Origin: Scyliorhinus canicula
Taxonomy: Eukaryota
Length of the DNA: 64,000 bases
NCBI RefSeq assembly: GCF_902713615.1
Contig: NW_024055462.1
Coordinates: forward strand, 62,001 to 126,000
Direction of reading: 5' to 3'
The notes below the pieces were generated by a model. The model did no database searches. It saw only the letters and a list, made by a program, of their open reading frames with translations, and had not been told where the DNA came from. Each line of letters begins with the position of its first letter. The stretch's first letter is position 1. The position numbers were made by a program, and so were the translations under genes. Of the stretch, positions 1 to 12,180 are shown one piece after another.

Positions 1-1220
1 ATAGGATCGATGTCCTGGTTCTTGCGTTATTAAGGAAGTGAAGTAAGCTAATAACCACTTTTTCAGGTTAAGTTATTTTTATTATTATATTTTTTCTTTT
101 AAAAGCTGCAAACACTTTCTTTACAGAAAGGAAAAAAGATCTTGCTTCTGGCTGCTGCTGGTTGCTTCAGGCCCACCTTGGCAATCGATCTTCTTAAAAT
201 CTGGTCTTCTTGAGTTGTATTCGCTGGTGAACTCGGTTGCTGTGTCCTGTTCTTCCCATGCACCGAGCTGTGAGAGCTGGCTCTGCTAGCTATCTCTAAG
301 CTGACTCTGACTCCTGTTTAAATTCTAGTCTTCCTTAGATGTATAACTGTTTAAACTCGGCTGCTTGCCTTGTCTTTCCCATGACCGAGCTCTCTCTCTG
401 AGTTCTCCTCCCCTTCTCTCCTGTTGCTGGTTTCCTCTGTCCTGTCCTCTGTTTCTGCTCCCTGGGTTTATATTCTCTTTCTGAGAGTTATTAAGTTTTA
501 ACGACTTTTGTAAATGGGCTTGTTTCACTTTGATAGTTTAAAAGTATCTTTGATGTAAACATCTTACTACAACTAATTATTCATTTTGGGCATATCGTCT
601 CCTCTCAGATCTGATTAAACAATGCTTTGGTTTCAATAGGTGTTACTTTTAATTCTGTGATTTCAAATCGTTTAATTTTCCAATTGTCCCCAGCTCATAA
701 CTTTGCCTTTGATTTTGACTTACATGATGTTTCTCGTAGACAGGTCGTCTCCAATTTTCTTTTAATTGTTTGATGTTCATAGAATTTTACACTTTAAATT
801 TGACACCAAATTTGACTGAGTATCTTCCATCCTTTCCAGCTGTTTACTAAGAGAGTTTATTTCAATTAAGGTGTGAAACTTTGCTTTTAGCGGTATGCTA
901 AAATTTAACTTGGTTATGACTTGAAAGACTTGCCTGTTTTAAACATTCGTCACTTAATGCAATTGAAACTCTCATCCATGCTTTTTCAGATGCTTCCTGA
1001 GATAGTTACATTCCATGAAGGTGTGAGCCATTGTTTTAGCTTACCACATGAGACTGGTGTGTTTGATTAGCCTGCTTGTGAGCAAGAATCTGCATTTTAC
1101 AACCCTGCTCTTTGAAGCTGCTATGAAACTTTTGTGGGATCTTTCCCTGTACCCTCTCAAACCAGATATTGCCAGACTTCCATGTTTCAAATGACACATT
1201 TTTCTGTATTTTCAAGAACA
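1..1220 (-). mobile_element. 3' LTR (cut by the window start) of an LTR retroelement/ERV
   Basis: 1-1220 is about 99% identical to 4557-5782 by eye (a few substitutions plus a 6-bp CT expansion). On the minus strand it begins TGTTCTTG directly after a purine tract AAGACGGGG (1221-1229; PPT-like). Confidence 0.85.
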
Positions 1221-4200
1221 CCCCGTCTTGACATTTGAAACATAACTATATAATTTGGTTAATTGTCCCCCCATCCAATTGTACTAACATATATCCCCGA
1301 TCTTTGTCATTTGTATGCATGTGTTGGAATTTCAAATTGTGCACCAAAATCAACACGTAAATGCATCCATATCTCAGACCAGTGTCGATAAGAGTCTTTT
1401 CTTTTCCTCAAGTCCAATTACCGTGAACCATAGCCGTTGTTGCTCAGGAAGGTAACATAATCGCTTTCCGTGTGTTCCACTACCTCCAAAGCATTTTACT
1501 TCCTTGGGATAGCAGCACCGTAGAAGCTTCCTCATGTCCCTTAGAAACAGCACACAACTCAGTCCATCAGTAACCACAAAGGTCTTTTGTCCATCACTGG
1601 CTGTTACGTGTCTCATTTTTCCGTCATCCAAATTGCTTTTCCATTGCTGATTGGAATGGTAAATTATGATATCATGCACCACCCACTGATTCCCTTGTTT
1701 CATTAATTTAAAAGGTTCAATTGATCCTGCTTGTATTCCTAACTTCCCCATTAATGTCTAACATTGTCGTGAACCATGTATGTCTGCCAACCCCTGGTTT
1801 ACATGAGAGAATATCTTTCTGACAAATTTCCTTCAAATCCCTTTCATCTGTCATCATTTCCCTTACAACATGAAAGTGTATATTTTCCATTACAGCATTT
1901 GTAAACCCACATTGAACTGTCACTTTTCCAAATAAATTCTCCCTATTGTTAAATACATAGTAAAAAAAAATTAAGTCTTATCTTAACATATTACTCATTA
2001 CCTAACCGCACAAATAGACTGTGTGCTACAACTTTACATATTTGCAACTGTTATCACAATTTAAATACTAGTAATAAATTACAATATCGAAACATCCCTT
2101 CTTGGCTTTGGGACCAATAGTCATTACATACTAAATATGGCATATAAACAACATCAATATTATTTGTAATGTTCTATGTAGTTAAATCAAGAAAACACAC
2201 TAAACTATCCTTCTATTAAAACATTCACACAGTTTAGAAATGCGGATCAAGTTCTTTAACGGCACACCTACCCCCCTTATCATATATATATAGCAGTCCC
2301 TATCAATTTACATGAAATTTTTTTTTTTAAATAACAATTACAGCTCTTCAATGCAATATTGTTTTGCTGCATTGGTAACAATTTTCCCGCCGTGGTATCA
2401 AGCTACTAAATTCTTAAATGATTGTCATTTATCATGTTGGGGTTCCTCGTCAGTCGCTGCTGTCTGCCGAGACCCTTAATAACTCCACCGCGTAGTACAT
2501 ACCCCATGGAGACCACAGATCATCCATCAGCTAATGTCCAGTTAGAGATGTCTGACCGGAGGTTTCACTGTCCAGTAATAATTTGATATTTTGACTTGTT
2601 TCTAACCCGTAACGTTTTCCTCCGGGTTCTGTCATTTAATTCCCTCAAATATGTAGCCAATTGTATCATTAGTTTCCCCCCAATCCTGTCTAAAAGATTC
2701 TTCTCTGGAGCGTAGTTCTCTTCCTTCTTGTGAACTGGTTTGTTATTTATTTTTTCCATCTGAAAAATCAAATGAACAGATCAAGGGTGGAGAGGGCCCT
2801 ATTCTTTCATTTGTACTTTCTATTTTAATTTGGTTAACCCAGAAGTGCCCTCTCCAGGACTTCCGGATTTCTTTTGCCACCATTTCTTTTTGAACTGGTT
2901 TATTTTCCTTATCATTGATGTACATCATACCATTAAAGCCTGTTAAGCCTCCTTCTGTCATTGTCAATTGGTTTTAATATTTTAATTTTTCTGCATCAAT
3001 TTGTATTAAATCTTTTCCGGCAATCAGATACTAATTTCCTGATACTGCAATTAATTCTCCAAACTAACTTCTGGTCCAATATCTTCATTCTCTAGAGCTC
3101 CTTCAATGTATTTAACATTCTAAACATCATTATTTCTGCTAGTGACTGTTTGTGATCAGCGGGCACTAGGACCCTGCGGAGCCATGCAGTGTCAACTTCA
3201 TCGCAGCAGTTTCAAAGTCTGCAGCAGCTGACTGCTGCCTGCTACCCAGCACAAACTCTTTATCTGTTTATTCTGAGACCAATTTAGTTCTGAACATACT
3301 GATTTACTATCCCATAATACTGATCACATTTCTGCCTGCCATTTATAACTTCCAATTTATGTGAAAATCGGCTTTACAAAACACAACATTTTTTTAAAAT
3401 ACAAACATTAAACGAAATTCACAATTCCTTATTAGACATACACACACTCATTCATCCACTCAGATCTTGGATCTTTACTCTGCAGGACTTCACAAATCCT
3501 TATTAAACACACACTCATTTATCCACTGAGATCTTGGACCTCTATTCAGTAGGGTTTCAGTTACTCTTAACAAAAATTGAGACCCCTCCATGCTGATAAG
3601 TTTCACTTCTGCAGGAGTTTTTTTTGCCTCTGTTAAGCTTTTCCACTCTTGTTTCATTGTTTCAACTCTCTTGACTGTATTCCAGGGCAAGAGAATTACC
3701 CTAATTGCCATTTTTTGGATTTTTTTTCTGTTCCTGGTTGTCCCTTTCAGGTGCACTCTGAAATTAAGGATAAGTACCCTTTCTGGGCCCTATCCAAGGC
3801 TGACTAAGGCACTATCTTCCTGTTTTAGTTAAGGGTCGATTGGTTATTGGTTTCTGAAGATTCTAAGCGTCCCTATTTTCCAGAAAATGTCCGCACAATC
3901 TGCCTTACTCTGAGGATGATTTAATCTTTGGCCTCTTTTACCAGTAACGGATGCAAGATTTTAGTGCTATCACCAAAATGTCTTGCAGACTTTTTCTCAG
4001 GGTCAGTATCTTCTAGTCTACTGATTTTCACACCCAACCTGAGCTTCAGTCCCCTCGATCCACAGAATATCCTTACAAAAGCCAATCACACATGACTTTC
4101 CAGACTAAACTCGGCAGGTAAAGTCTGACTCACACATAGACTAGAAACTTCTAATATTCTAGCCTTTGTGCCGGTTAGAAACTTCTAATATTCCAACCGT

Positions 4201-4355
4201 TTCTTGGGAACTAGAAACTTCTAATATTCTAGCCCCTACTCTGCTTAACTAGAAACTTCTAATATTCTAGCCTCGCTTTACCTAGAAACTTCTAATATTC
4301 TAGGCTCACTTTACCTAGAAACTTCTAATATTCTAGGCCTCCACGCTGGGCGCCA
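1221..4355 (-). mobile_element. Internal region of the LTR element: PPT, degenerate or non-coding body, leader repeats, PBS
   Basis: Lies between two near-identical LTRs. PBS TGGCGCCCAGCGTGGAGG (4355-4338) matches 15/18 to the tRNA-Lys1,2 PBS TGGCGCCCAACGTGGGGC. Longest minus-strand ORF is only 125 aa and no RT, integrase or CCHC motif was recognised. Confidence 0.75.
4141..4338. repeat. Six copies of a 22-bp quasi-palindromic repeat CTAGAAACTTCTAATATTCTAG with short variable spacers
   Basis: Read directly. Spacers are about 10-17 bp and the array abuts the PBS. Confidence 0.9.
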
Positions 4356-5782
4356 TGAAGTTAAAACTCACCACTATTCTTAGAATTCCCCCTATACCAA
4401 AAAAAAAGGTTGATATTCTAAATGGTGAACAGGGATTCTCACTCCCTGACTCCAGTGCAGGCTTCTGTGAGTGCTATTCAGGTCAAACTATCTTTTCAAG
4501 TTATCCCCCGGTATAACCCATACCTTCACCGAAGAATTTTACCTACTTACCCCTTAATAGCATCGATGTCCTGGGTCCTGCGTTATTAAGGAAGTGAAGT
4601 AAGCTAATAACCACTTTTTCAGGTTAAGTTATTTTTATTATTATATTTTTTCTTTTAAAAGCTGCAAACACTTTCTTTACAGAAAGGAAAAAAGATCTTG
4701 CTTCTGGCTGCTGCTGGTTGCTTCAGGCCCACCTTGGCAATCGATCTTCTTAAAATCTGGTCTTCTTGAGTTGTATTCGCTGGTGAACTCGGTTGCTGTG
4801 TCCTGTTCTTCCCATGCACCGAGCTGTGAGAGCTGGCTCTGCTAGCTATCTCTAAGCTGACTCTGACTCCTGTTTAAATTCTAGTCTTCCTTAGATGTAT
4901 AACTGTTTAAACTCAGCTGCTTGCCTTGTCTTTCCCATGACCGAGCTCTCTCTCTCTCTCTGAGTTCTCCTCCCCTTCTCTCCTGTTGCTGGTTTCCTCT
5001 GTCCTGTCCTCTGTTTCTGCTCCCTGGGTTTATATTCTCTTTCTGAGAGTTATTAAGTTTTAACGACTTTTGTAAATGGGCTTGTTTCACTTTGATAGTT
5101 TAAAAGTATCTTTGATGTAAACATCTTACTACAACTAATTATTCATTTTGGGCATATCGTCTCCTCTCAGATCTGATTAAACAATGCTTTGGTTTCAATA
5201 GGTGTTACTTTTAATTCTGTGATTTCAAATCGTTTAATTTTCCAATTGTCCCCAGCTCATAACTTTGCCTTTGATTTTGACTTACATGATGTTTCTCGTA
5301 GACAGGTCGTCTCCAATTTTCTTTTAATTGTTTGATGTTCATAGAATTTTACACTTTAAATTTGACACCAAATTTGACTGAGTATCTTCCATCCTTTCCA
5401 GCTGTTTACTAAGAGAGTTTATTTCAATTAAGGTGTGAAACTTTGCTTTTAGCGGTATGCTAAAATTTAACTTGGTTATGACTTGAAAGACTTGCCTGTT
5501 TTAAACATTCGTCACTTAATGCAATTGAAACTCTCATCCATGCTTTTTCAGATGCTTCCTGAGATAGTTACATTCCATGAAGGTGTGAGCCATTGTTTTA
5601 GCTTACCACATGAGACTGGTGTGTTTGATTAGCCTGCTTGTGAGCAAGAATCTGCATTTTACAACCCTGCTCTTTGAAGCTGCTATGAAACTTTTGTGGG
5701 ATCTTTCCCTGTACCCTCTCAAACCAGATATTGACAGACTTCCATGCTTCAAATGACACATTTTTCTGTATTTTCAAGAACA
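4356..5782 (-). mobile_element. 5' LTR (1427 bp)
   Basis: Minus strand TG...CA ends, immediately followed by the PBS. TATA-like AATATAAA near 5030 and AATAAA near 4635 on the minus strand. Confidence 0.85.
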
Positions 5783-7907
5783 CTGCGCATGTGCGCGGAG
5801 CTTCTGTAATGTGGATAGAGCACATTCTCGGCCACAATTCATGTTGGGTACTAATTCCACCATTGAAATAGATATCGTTGATAGAAATTATTTTTGCCAA
5901 CCGATTACAATTGGTACCGTTGGACCAAGGGAACAAATGTATTAAATAAATTAATACAGCAACTAAAGAGCACAGGCCCTTCCACCAGAGTCTGTCCTGG
6001 GTGTGATTGACAACAGACCAAACACGGACAGTGAGTTGTTAACGGGTTGGGGTCTGAGCAGGTTCAGGTGAACAGTGATTTTTGTCTTCCTGGACAGAAC
6101 AGTTAAACTGCCCCTCGTCCATAACAATTTGCTGCAATTGGATCAAATTGTCTGGGCTTTTAAAGTTGGAGTGTTAACCAGTGGGAAAACTGAGGAAATT
6201 CCTTTGCACATGTGGTGTGTGAGTGATCTCCCTCTGAACTGCACATTAGATTAATCAATCACTAACTCATATTTATTCTTATTCAGTGGAAACATCTTCC
6301 ACTTGTCTATCATATCAAACCTGTTCATAGTCTTACAGGATCAGGTCATCCTTCATTCCCTTTTCCAGAGAAAATGTTATGCCCTGTCCAATCTTTCTTA
6401 CTGGATGTAACCTGCCAGTCCAGGCATAATTCAAATGTCTTTTCCTGCATCTTCTCCAGTCCTTCTAGATCTATTTTACAATATGGAGACTTTAACTAAT
6501 CTGAGCAGCAATCTCACCATTGTCCCCAAATGCCTGTATGTTGCAGTATTTTAGTCATTTTACTGTCAGCTGAATGTGAGATGGGACAGAATAAGATCCA
6601 ACGAGCCCGTTTGTAACACTGTAGAACATCTACAAACCTGCCTCTTCCCCGTACTGCTAAACAGTTGACTTTTTCACTCTTAACCTGTCAGCTATGTCAT
6701 TAAGAATAATGTGTCAGAGAAAGACTGGATTTCAGCTTGGTGACACCAGGCCAGACTAAATTTTAGTTCATAGAATTGTTGAGCTAATTTCTCCATATCA
6801 TAAGATGCCACTGATGATTCCTGAACTGTCAAACTAATTTATATTTACCCTCTGTTCATCTGAAAAGTGTTGATTCTGCTGTTACTGCCACTCCAGATGC
6901 TGTGATCTCAGGAGTGAAATTTAGTTGCTCCAGTCACTCCAACTAACTGGTGTCCCTCATCTCTGGTAAATGTTCTCGTAAATGTTCTCGACACCGTCTC
7001 TGAGAACTTCACATCTTTCCCAAAGTGGGGCAATTATATATAGGGTTCCAGTCTAGAGAGATAGAATTGAAAAGCACGGAGGAAATGTTCAGCTTGTTTA
7101 GAACCGGGGTTAGACTACACTGGGAACACTGTCAACATTGGTGATCTCCATTTCGATAAAGGAAATAGAGGCACTGGATAAGGTGCAACAAAGGTTCATA
7201 ATATACAGAACTGAGAGCATTTAACACCCAGGAAAGTCTGGGGCTGCTTTTTTCTGGAAAGGAGAAGACTGATGGGTGACCTGGAGGAAGTCTTTCAGAT
7301 TATGAAGGAATTCAATAATCCAATAGGAATTTCAGCAGAAACCTCTTTACCAGCGAGTGGTGAGAATGTGCAACTCACTCCCACAGCAAGTGGTTGAGGT
7401 GAACAGCATTAATCCATTGAACGTAAAGCTAGATACATACATGAGAGAGAAAGGAATAGAGGGAGATGCTGATGGTGGGGGGGGGGGGGGGGGGAAGGAG
7501 GGTATAGAGGGGGGGGGATATAGAGGGGTGGGTGGAGGGTCATGTGGAGCACAAATACTGACAGACCATGGCTAACCTCAGCCGCTATGGGAATTTAACC
7601 TGTGCTGTTCGTGTCACTCAGCACAAACCAGCCATCCAGTCAACTGAGCTAACCGATCCCCATGTAAATCTGTAATAATTCCATAAATATTAGTGATTGC
7701 CTGTCACCCACCATACTATGTAATGTAGTTTCCCAGTGCACCTCAGACAACATGCCCCTCATACCCTGATAGTTTTCTTCTGTGAGAAGCACCAAGACAA
7801 ATTAAACAAAAGAACCATGTAACCACCATAGCCCATCTTCATGGCAATGTGGCATGATTTGGGGGATTTCAAAACAGAAATGGTAATGAAATATCTTCCA
7901 ACCTGAA

Positions 7908-8240
7908 CAGCATGGTAGCATAGTGGTTAGCACAGCTGCTTCTCAGCTCCAGGGTACCAGGTTCGATTCCCGGCTTGGGTCACTGTCTGTGTGGAGTCTG
8001 CACGATCTCCCCGAGTGTGCGTGGGTTTCCTCCGGGTGCTCCAGTTTCCTCCCACAGTCCAATGATGTGCGGGTGAGGTGGATTGGCCATGATAAATTGC
8101 CCTTAGTGACCAAAAAAGATTAAGTGGGGTTACTGGGATAGGGTGGAGGTGCGGGCTTGGTTGGGATGCTCTTTCCAAGGGCCGGTGCAGACTCGATGGG
8201 TTGAATGGACTTCTTCAGCACTGTAAATTCCATGATCTAT
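7908..8240 (+). mobile_element. tRNA-derived shark SINE (HE1/V-SINE-like)
   Basis: A-box-like TAGCATAGTGGTTAG, B-box GGTTCGATTCCC and a central GGGTTTCCTCCGGGTGCTCC domain; many related copies in the window. Confidence 0.75.
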
Positions 8241-8465
8241 GAACCTCCAAACTCCCTTTCACTCTTTGATCCATGTGAAATGTGAAACCAGATATTTGCA
8301 AGAAGGCTCAGAGAGAATCAGCCCACTGGGGGAGAAGCCGTGAGACCGGCCAGTCCAGCAGAAAGAAACCCTCTGACCATCCCCATTGACCAACAGAATG
8401 AACAAAATGTAGTCCTGGGTGCAATTGACAACAAAAACAATAACAGCAGAATCCAATCCCTGTAA

Positions 8466-8605
8466 TCAGTTCTGAACTTGTTGGTGTCTCAGAAAGTGCG
8501 ATGAATTACAAAATCCCTTCACACATTGAGGGCAGGTGAACGGCCTCTCCCCAGTGTGAACTCCCTGGTGTGACTGCAGACGGCATAACCGAGTGAATTG
8601 TGTAA
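8466..8605 (-). pseudogene. Detached 3' end of the C2H2 zinc-finger array (last finger), cut off by the LINE insertion
   Basis: Encodes ...[34 protein letters not shown]. Joins the finger cut at about 10966 once the LINE is removed. Confidence 0.75.
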
Positions 8606-10965
8606 ATAGATGTAAACGGGTGTGAGATAATCGGGATTCTGGAGACATGGCTGCAGGATGACCAGGGATGGGAACTGAATATATTCAGTATTTAGGAAGG
8701 ACAGACAAAAAGGAAAAGGCAGTGGAGTGGCAGTGCTGGTTAAAGAGGAAATTAATGCAATAGTGAGGAAGGATATTAGCTCCAACAATGTGGAATCTGT
8801 ATGGGTAGAGCTGAGAAACACCAAGGGGCAAAAAACATTAGTGGGCGTCGTGTATATAGACCCCCCTAACTGCAGTGGTGATGTTGGGAATGGCACAAAA
8901 CAGGAAATTAGGCCGATTGTATAAGTTTCTGTCGGTATGTGAAGAGAAAAAGATCGGTGAAGACAAATGTAGGTTCCTTTCAGTCAGAAACAGGGGAATG
9001 TATAATAGGGGACAAAGAAATGGGTGAGCAAATAAATACATACTTTGCTTCTGGCTTCACAAATTAGATGCTAGAAATGTTGGGGAACGCAGGATGTAGT
9101 GAGAGGAAGGAACTGAAGGAGATCAATATTCGAGAAATTGTGTTGGGGAAATTGATGGGATTGGAGGCTGATAAATCCCCAGGGCCTGATAATCTGTATC
9201 CCAAAGTACTTAAGGAAGTGGCTCTAGAAATAATGGATGCATTGGTGGTCATCTTCCAGGATTCTATAGACTCTGGAACAATTCCTGCACATTGGAGGGT
9301 GGCTTATGTAACTCCACTATTTAAATAGGGAGCTCGAGACAAAACAGGAAATTATAGACCAGTAAGCCTGACATCGGCAGTGGGGCAAATTTTAGAATCC
9401 ATTATCAAAGATTTTATAGCAAAGCACTTCGAAACCAGTGGCAGGATCGGACAGAGCCAGCATGGATTTATGAAGGGGAAATCATGCTTGACAAATCTAC
9501 TGGAATTCTTCAAGTGTGTAACTGGTAGAGTTGACGAGGGAGAGCCAGTGGATGTGGTATGTTTGGACTTTCAGATAGCTTTCGACTTATTCCTGCATAA
9601 GATATTAGTGTGTAAAATGAAAGCACATGGGATTAGGGGTCGTCTCTTGAGATGGATAAAAAACTGACTGGCAGACAGGAAACAAAGAGGAGGAATTAAT
9701 GGATCTTTTTCAAATTGGCAGGCAGTGGCTCGTGGGGTACCGCTGGGATCAGTGCCTGGGCCCCAGATATTCACAAGATATATAAATGATTTTTCTTTTC
9801 AAATTTAAAGTACCCAATTCTATTTTTGTAAATAAGTGGTAATTTAGCATGGCCAGTTCCCCTCCACTGCACATCTTTGGGGTTATGGGGGTGAGACCCA
9901 CGCAAAATCGAGAACTTGACTGCACACAGACAGTGACCCAGGCATGATTGAACCATGATCCTCAGCACCATGAGGCAGCTGCACCACTTATATATTAACA
10001 ACTTAGATGAGGGAACAAAATGCAATATCTCCAAATTTACAGATCTCACAAGTTGCTTGGGAGGATGAGCTGTGAGGAGGATGCAGAGATCCTTCAGAGT
10101 GATTTGGACAAGTTGAGTGAGTGGGCAAATGAATGGCAGATGCAGTATAATTTGGAGAAATGCGAGGTTATCCACATTGGTACTAAAAATGAGAAGGCAG
10201 ACTATTATCTGAATGGCCATAGATTAGGAGAGGCGGGGAATGTGCAACGAGACCTGGGTATCCTTGTACGCCAGTCACTGAAGGTAAGCATGCAGCTCCA
10301 GCAGGCGGTAAAGAAGGCAAATGGTATGCTAGCCTTCATTGCGAGCGGATTCGAGTACAGGAGCAGGAATATCTTGCTATTATTACACAGGGCCGTGGCG
10401 AGGCCATACCTGGAATATTGTGAGCAATTTTGGTCTCCTTATCTGAGGAAGGATGTTCTTGCTCTAGAGGGAGTGCAGCGAGCGTTTACCAGACTGATTC
10501 CTGGGATGGTGGGACTGACGTATGAGAGATTGAATCAGTTAGGTTTGTATTCGCTGGAGTTCAGAAGAATGAGGGGGATCTCATAGAAACCTATAATATT
10601 CGAACAGGACTTAACAAGGTAGATGCAGGAAAGATTTTCCCGATGGTGGGAGTGTACAGAATCAGAGGTCGCAATCTGAGGATACGGGGGAGACCATTTA
10701 GACAGAGATGAGGAGAAATTTCTTCAACCAGAGAGTGGTGAGCCCGTGGAATTTGTTACCACAGGAAAACTTTAAGGCCAATACATTATTTGTTTGCAAG
10801 AAGCAGTTAGATATCGCACTGAAGACGAAGGGGGTCAAAGGATATGGAGGGGAAAGCGGGATTAAGCTATTGAGTTGGATGATAAGCCATGATCATAATG
10901 AATGGCAGATCAGGCGCAAAGGGCCAAATGGCCTCTTCCTGCTCTCCCTTTTCATGTTTCTATAT
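8606..10965 (+). mobile_element. CR1-type LINE ORF2 remnant (APE + RT), frameshifted and internally deleted
   Basis: APE-like GSGVAVLVKEEI...ESVWVELRN...LVGVVY. RT-like GPDNLYPKVLKE, YRPVSLTS, QHGFMKGKSCLTNLLEFF, CLDFQIAFD, RPYLEYCEQFWSPYL. Typical CR1 3' end near 10880-10960. Confidence 0.85.
9790..9987 (-). mobile_element. SINE nested in the CR1 RT region
   Basis: Same family as the copies at 13385, 15945 and 20555; interrupts the CR1 RT sequence. Confidence 0.7.
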
Positions 10966-10979
10966 AATCCCTTCCCACA

Positions 10980-12180
10980 CTAAGAGCAGATGAATTGCCT
11001 CTCTCCAGTGTGAACTCGCCGGTGTTTCTGAAGGTTGGACGAATTACTGAATCCCTTCCCACACTGAGAGCAGGTGAATGGCCTCTCCCCAGTGTGAATT
11101 CGCTTATGTCTCTTCATGGTGGATGAACTAACAAATCCCATCCCACACTGAGAGCAGGTGAACGGCCTCCCCAGTGTGAACTCGCTGATGGTTCCGCAGG
11201 GTGGATAAATCACTGAATCCTTTCCCACACTGAGAGCAGGTGAATGGCCTCTCCCCAGTGTGAATTCGCTTATGTCTCTTCATGGTGGATGAACTAACAA
11301 ATCCCTTCCCACACTGAGAGCAGGTGAACGGCCTCTCCCCAGTGTGAACTCGCTGATGGTTCCGAAGGTTGGACGAGTTATTGAATCTCTTCCCACACTG
11401 AGAGCAGGTGAATGGCCTCTCCCCAGTGTGAATTCGCTGGTGTGTCTGCAGACTGGATAAATGTGTAAATCCATTCCCACACTGAGAGCAGATGAATGGC
11501 CTCTCCCCAGTGTGAATTCGCTGATGGTTCCGAAGGTTGGACGAGTTATTGAATCCCTTCCCACACTGAGAGCAGGTGAACGGCCTCTCCCCAGTGTGAA
11601 CTCGCTGATGGTTCCGAAGGTTGGACGAGTTATTGAATCCCTTCCCACACTGAGAGCAGGTGAACGGCCTCTCCCCAGTGTGAACTCGCTGATGGTTCCG
11701 AAGTTTGGACGAGTTATTGAATCCCTTCCCACATTGAGAGCAGATGAATGGCCTCTCCCCAGTGTGAATTCGCTGGTGTGTCTGCAGGGTGGATGAATCA
11801 CTGAATCCCTTCTCACAGAGGGAGCAGATGAATGGCCTCTCCCCCGTGTGAACTCGCTGATGTTTCCGTAGGTTGGATGAAGAACTGAATCCCGTCCCAC
11901 ACTGGGAGCAGGTGAATGGCTTCTCCCCAGTGTGAACTCGCTGGTGTCTCTGCAGACTGGTTAACTGAGTGAATTCCTTCCTACACTGGGAGCAGGTGAA
12001 TGGCTTTTCCCCAGTGTGAACTCGCTGGTGTGCATACAGACTGGATAACTGAGTGAATTCCTTCCCACACTGAGAGCAGGTGAATGGCCTCTGCCCAGTG
12101 TGACTGCGGCGATGAATCTCCAGCACAGATGGGGCTCTAAATCCCTTCCCACAGTCAGCACATTTCCACGGTTTCTCCAT
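10980..12180 (-). CDS. Finger-only C2H2 zinc-finger protein (MEKPWKC start), 12 fingers in frame; 14 if a 2-bp deletion near 11170 is corrected
   Basis: Tandem TGE(R/K)PF-C-x2-C-x12-H-x3-H repeats. ATG at 12180. Frameshift at about 11170 (GGCCTCCCC versus the usual GGCCTCTCCCC). TAG at 10982-10980 replaces a CAG codon. Candidate acceptor at about 12553 (tttttaaag|GAT). Gene versus pseudogene is unresolved. Confidence 0.8.

Noticed and set aside
2300-3900. gag/protease-like snippets in the LTR element interior (e.g. IAGKDLI, CYQC)
   Set aside because: Too short and interrupted to assign without an HMM search.
4141-4338. CRISPR-like repeat-spacer appearance
   Set aside because: Vertebrate DNA, spacers only about 10-17 bp and partly similar to each other, no cas genes, and the array sits in a retroelement leader.
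7908-7990. tRNA gene
   Set aside because: A/B boxes belong to a SINE head that continues into the SINE body; the same applies to the other copies.
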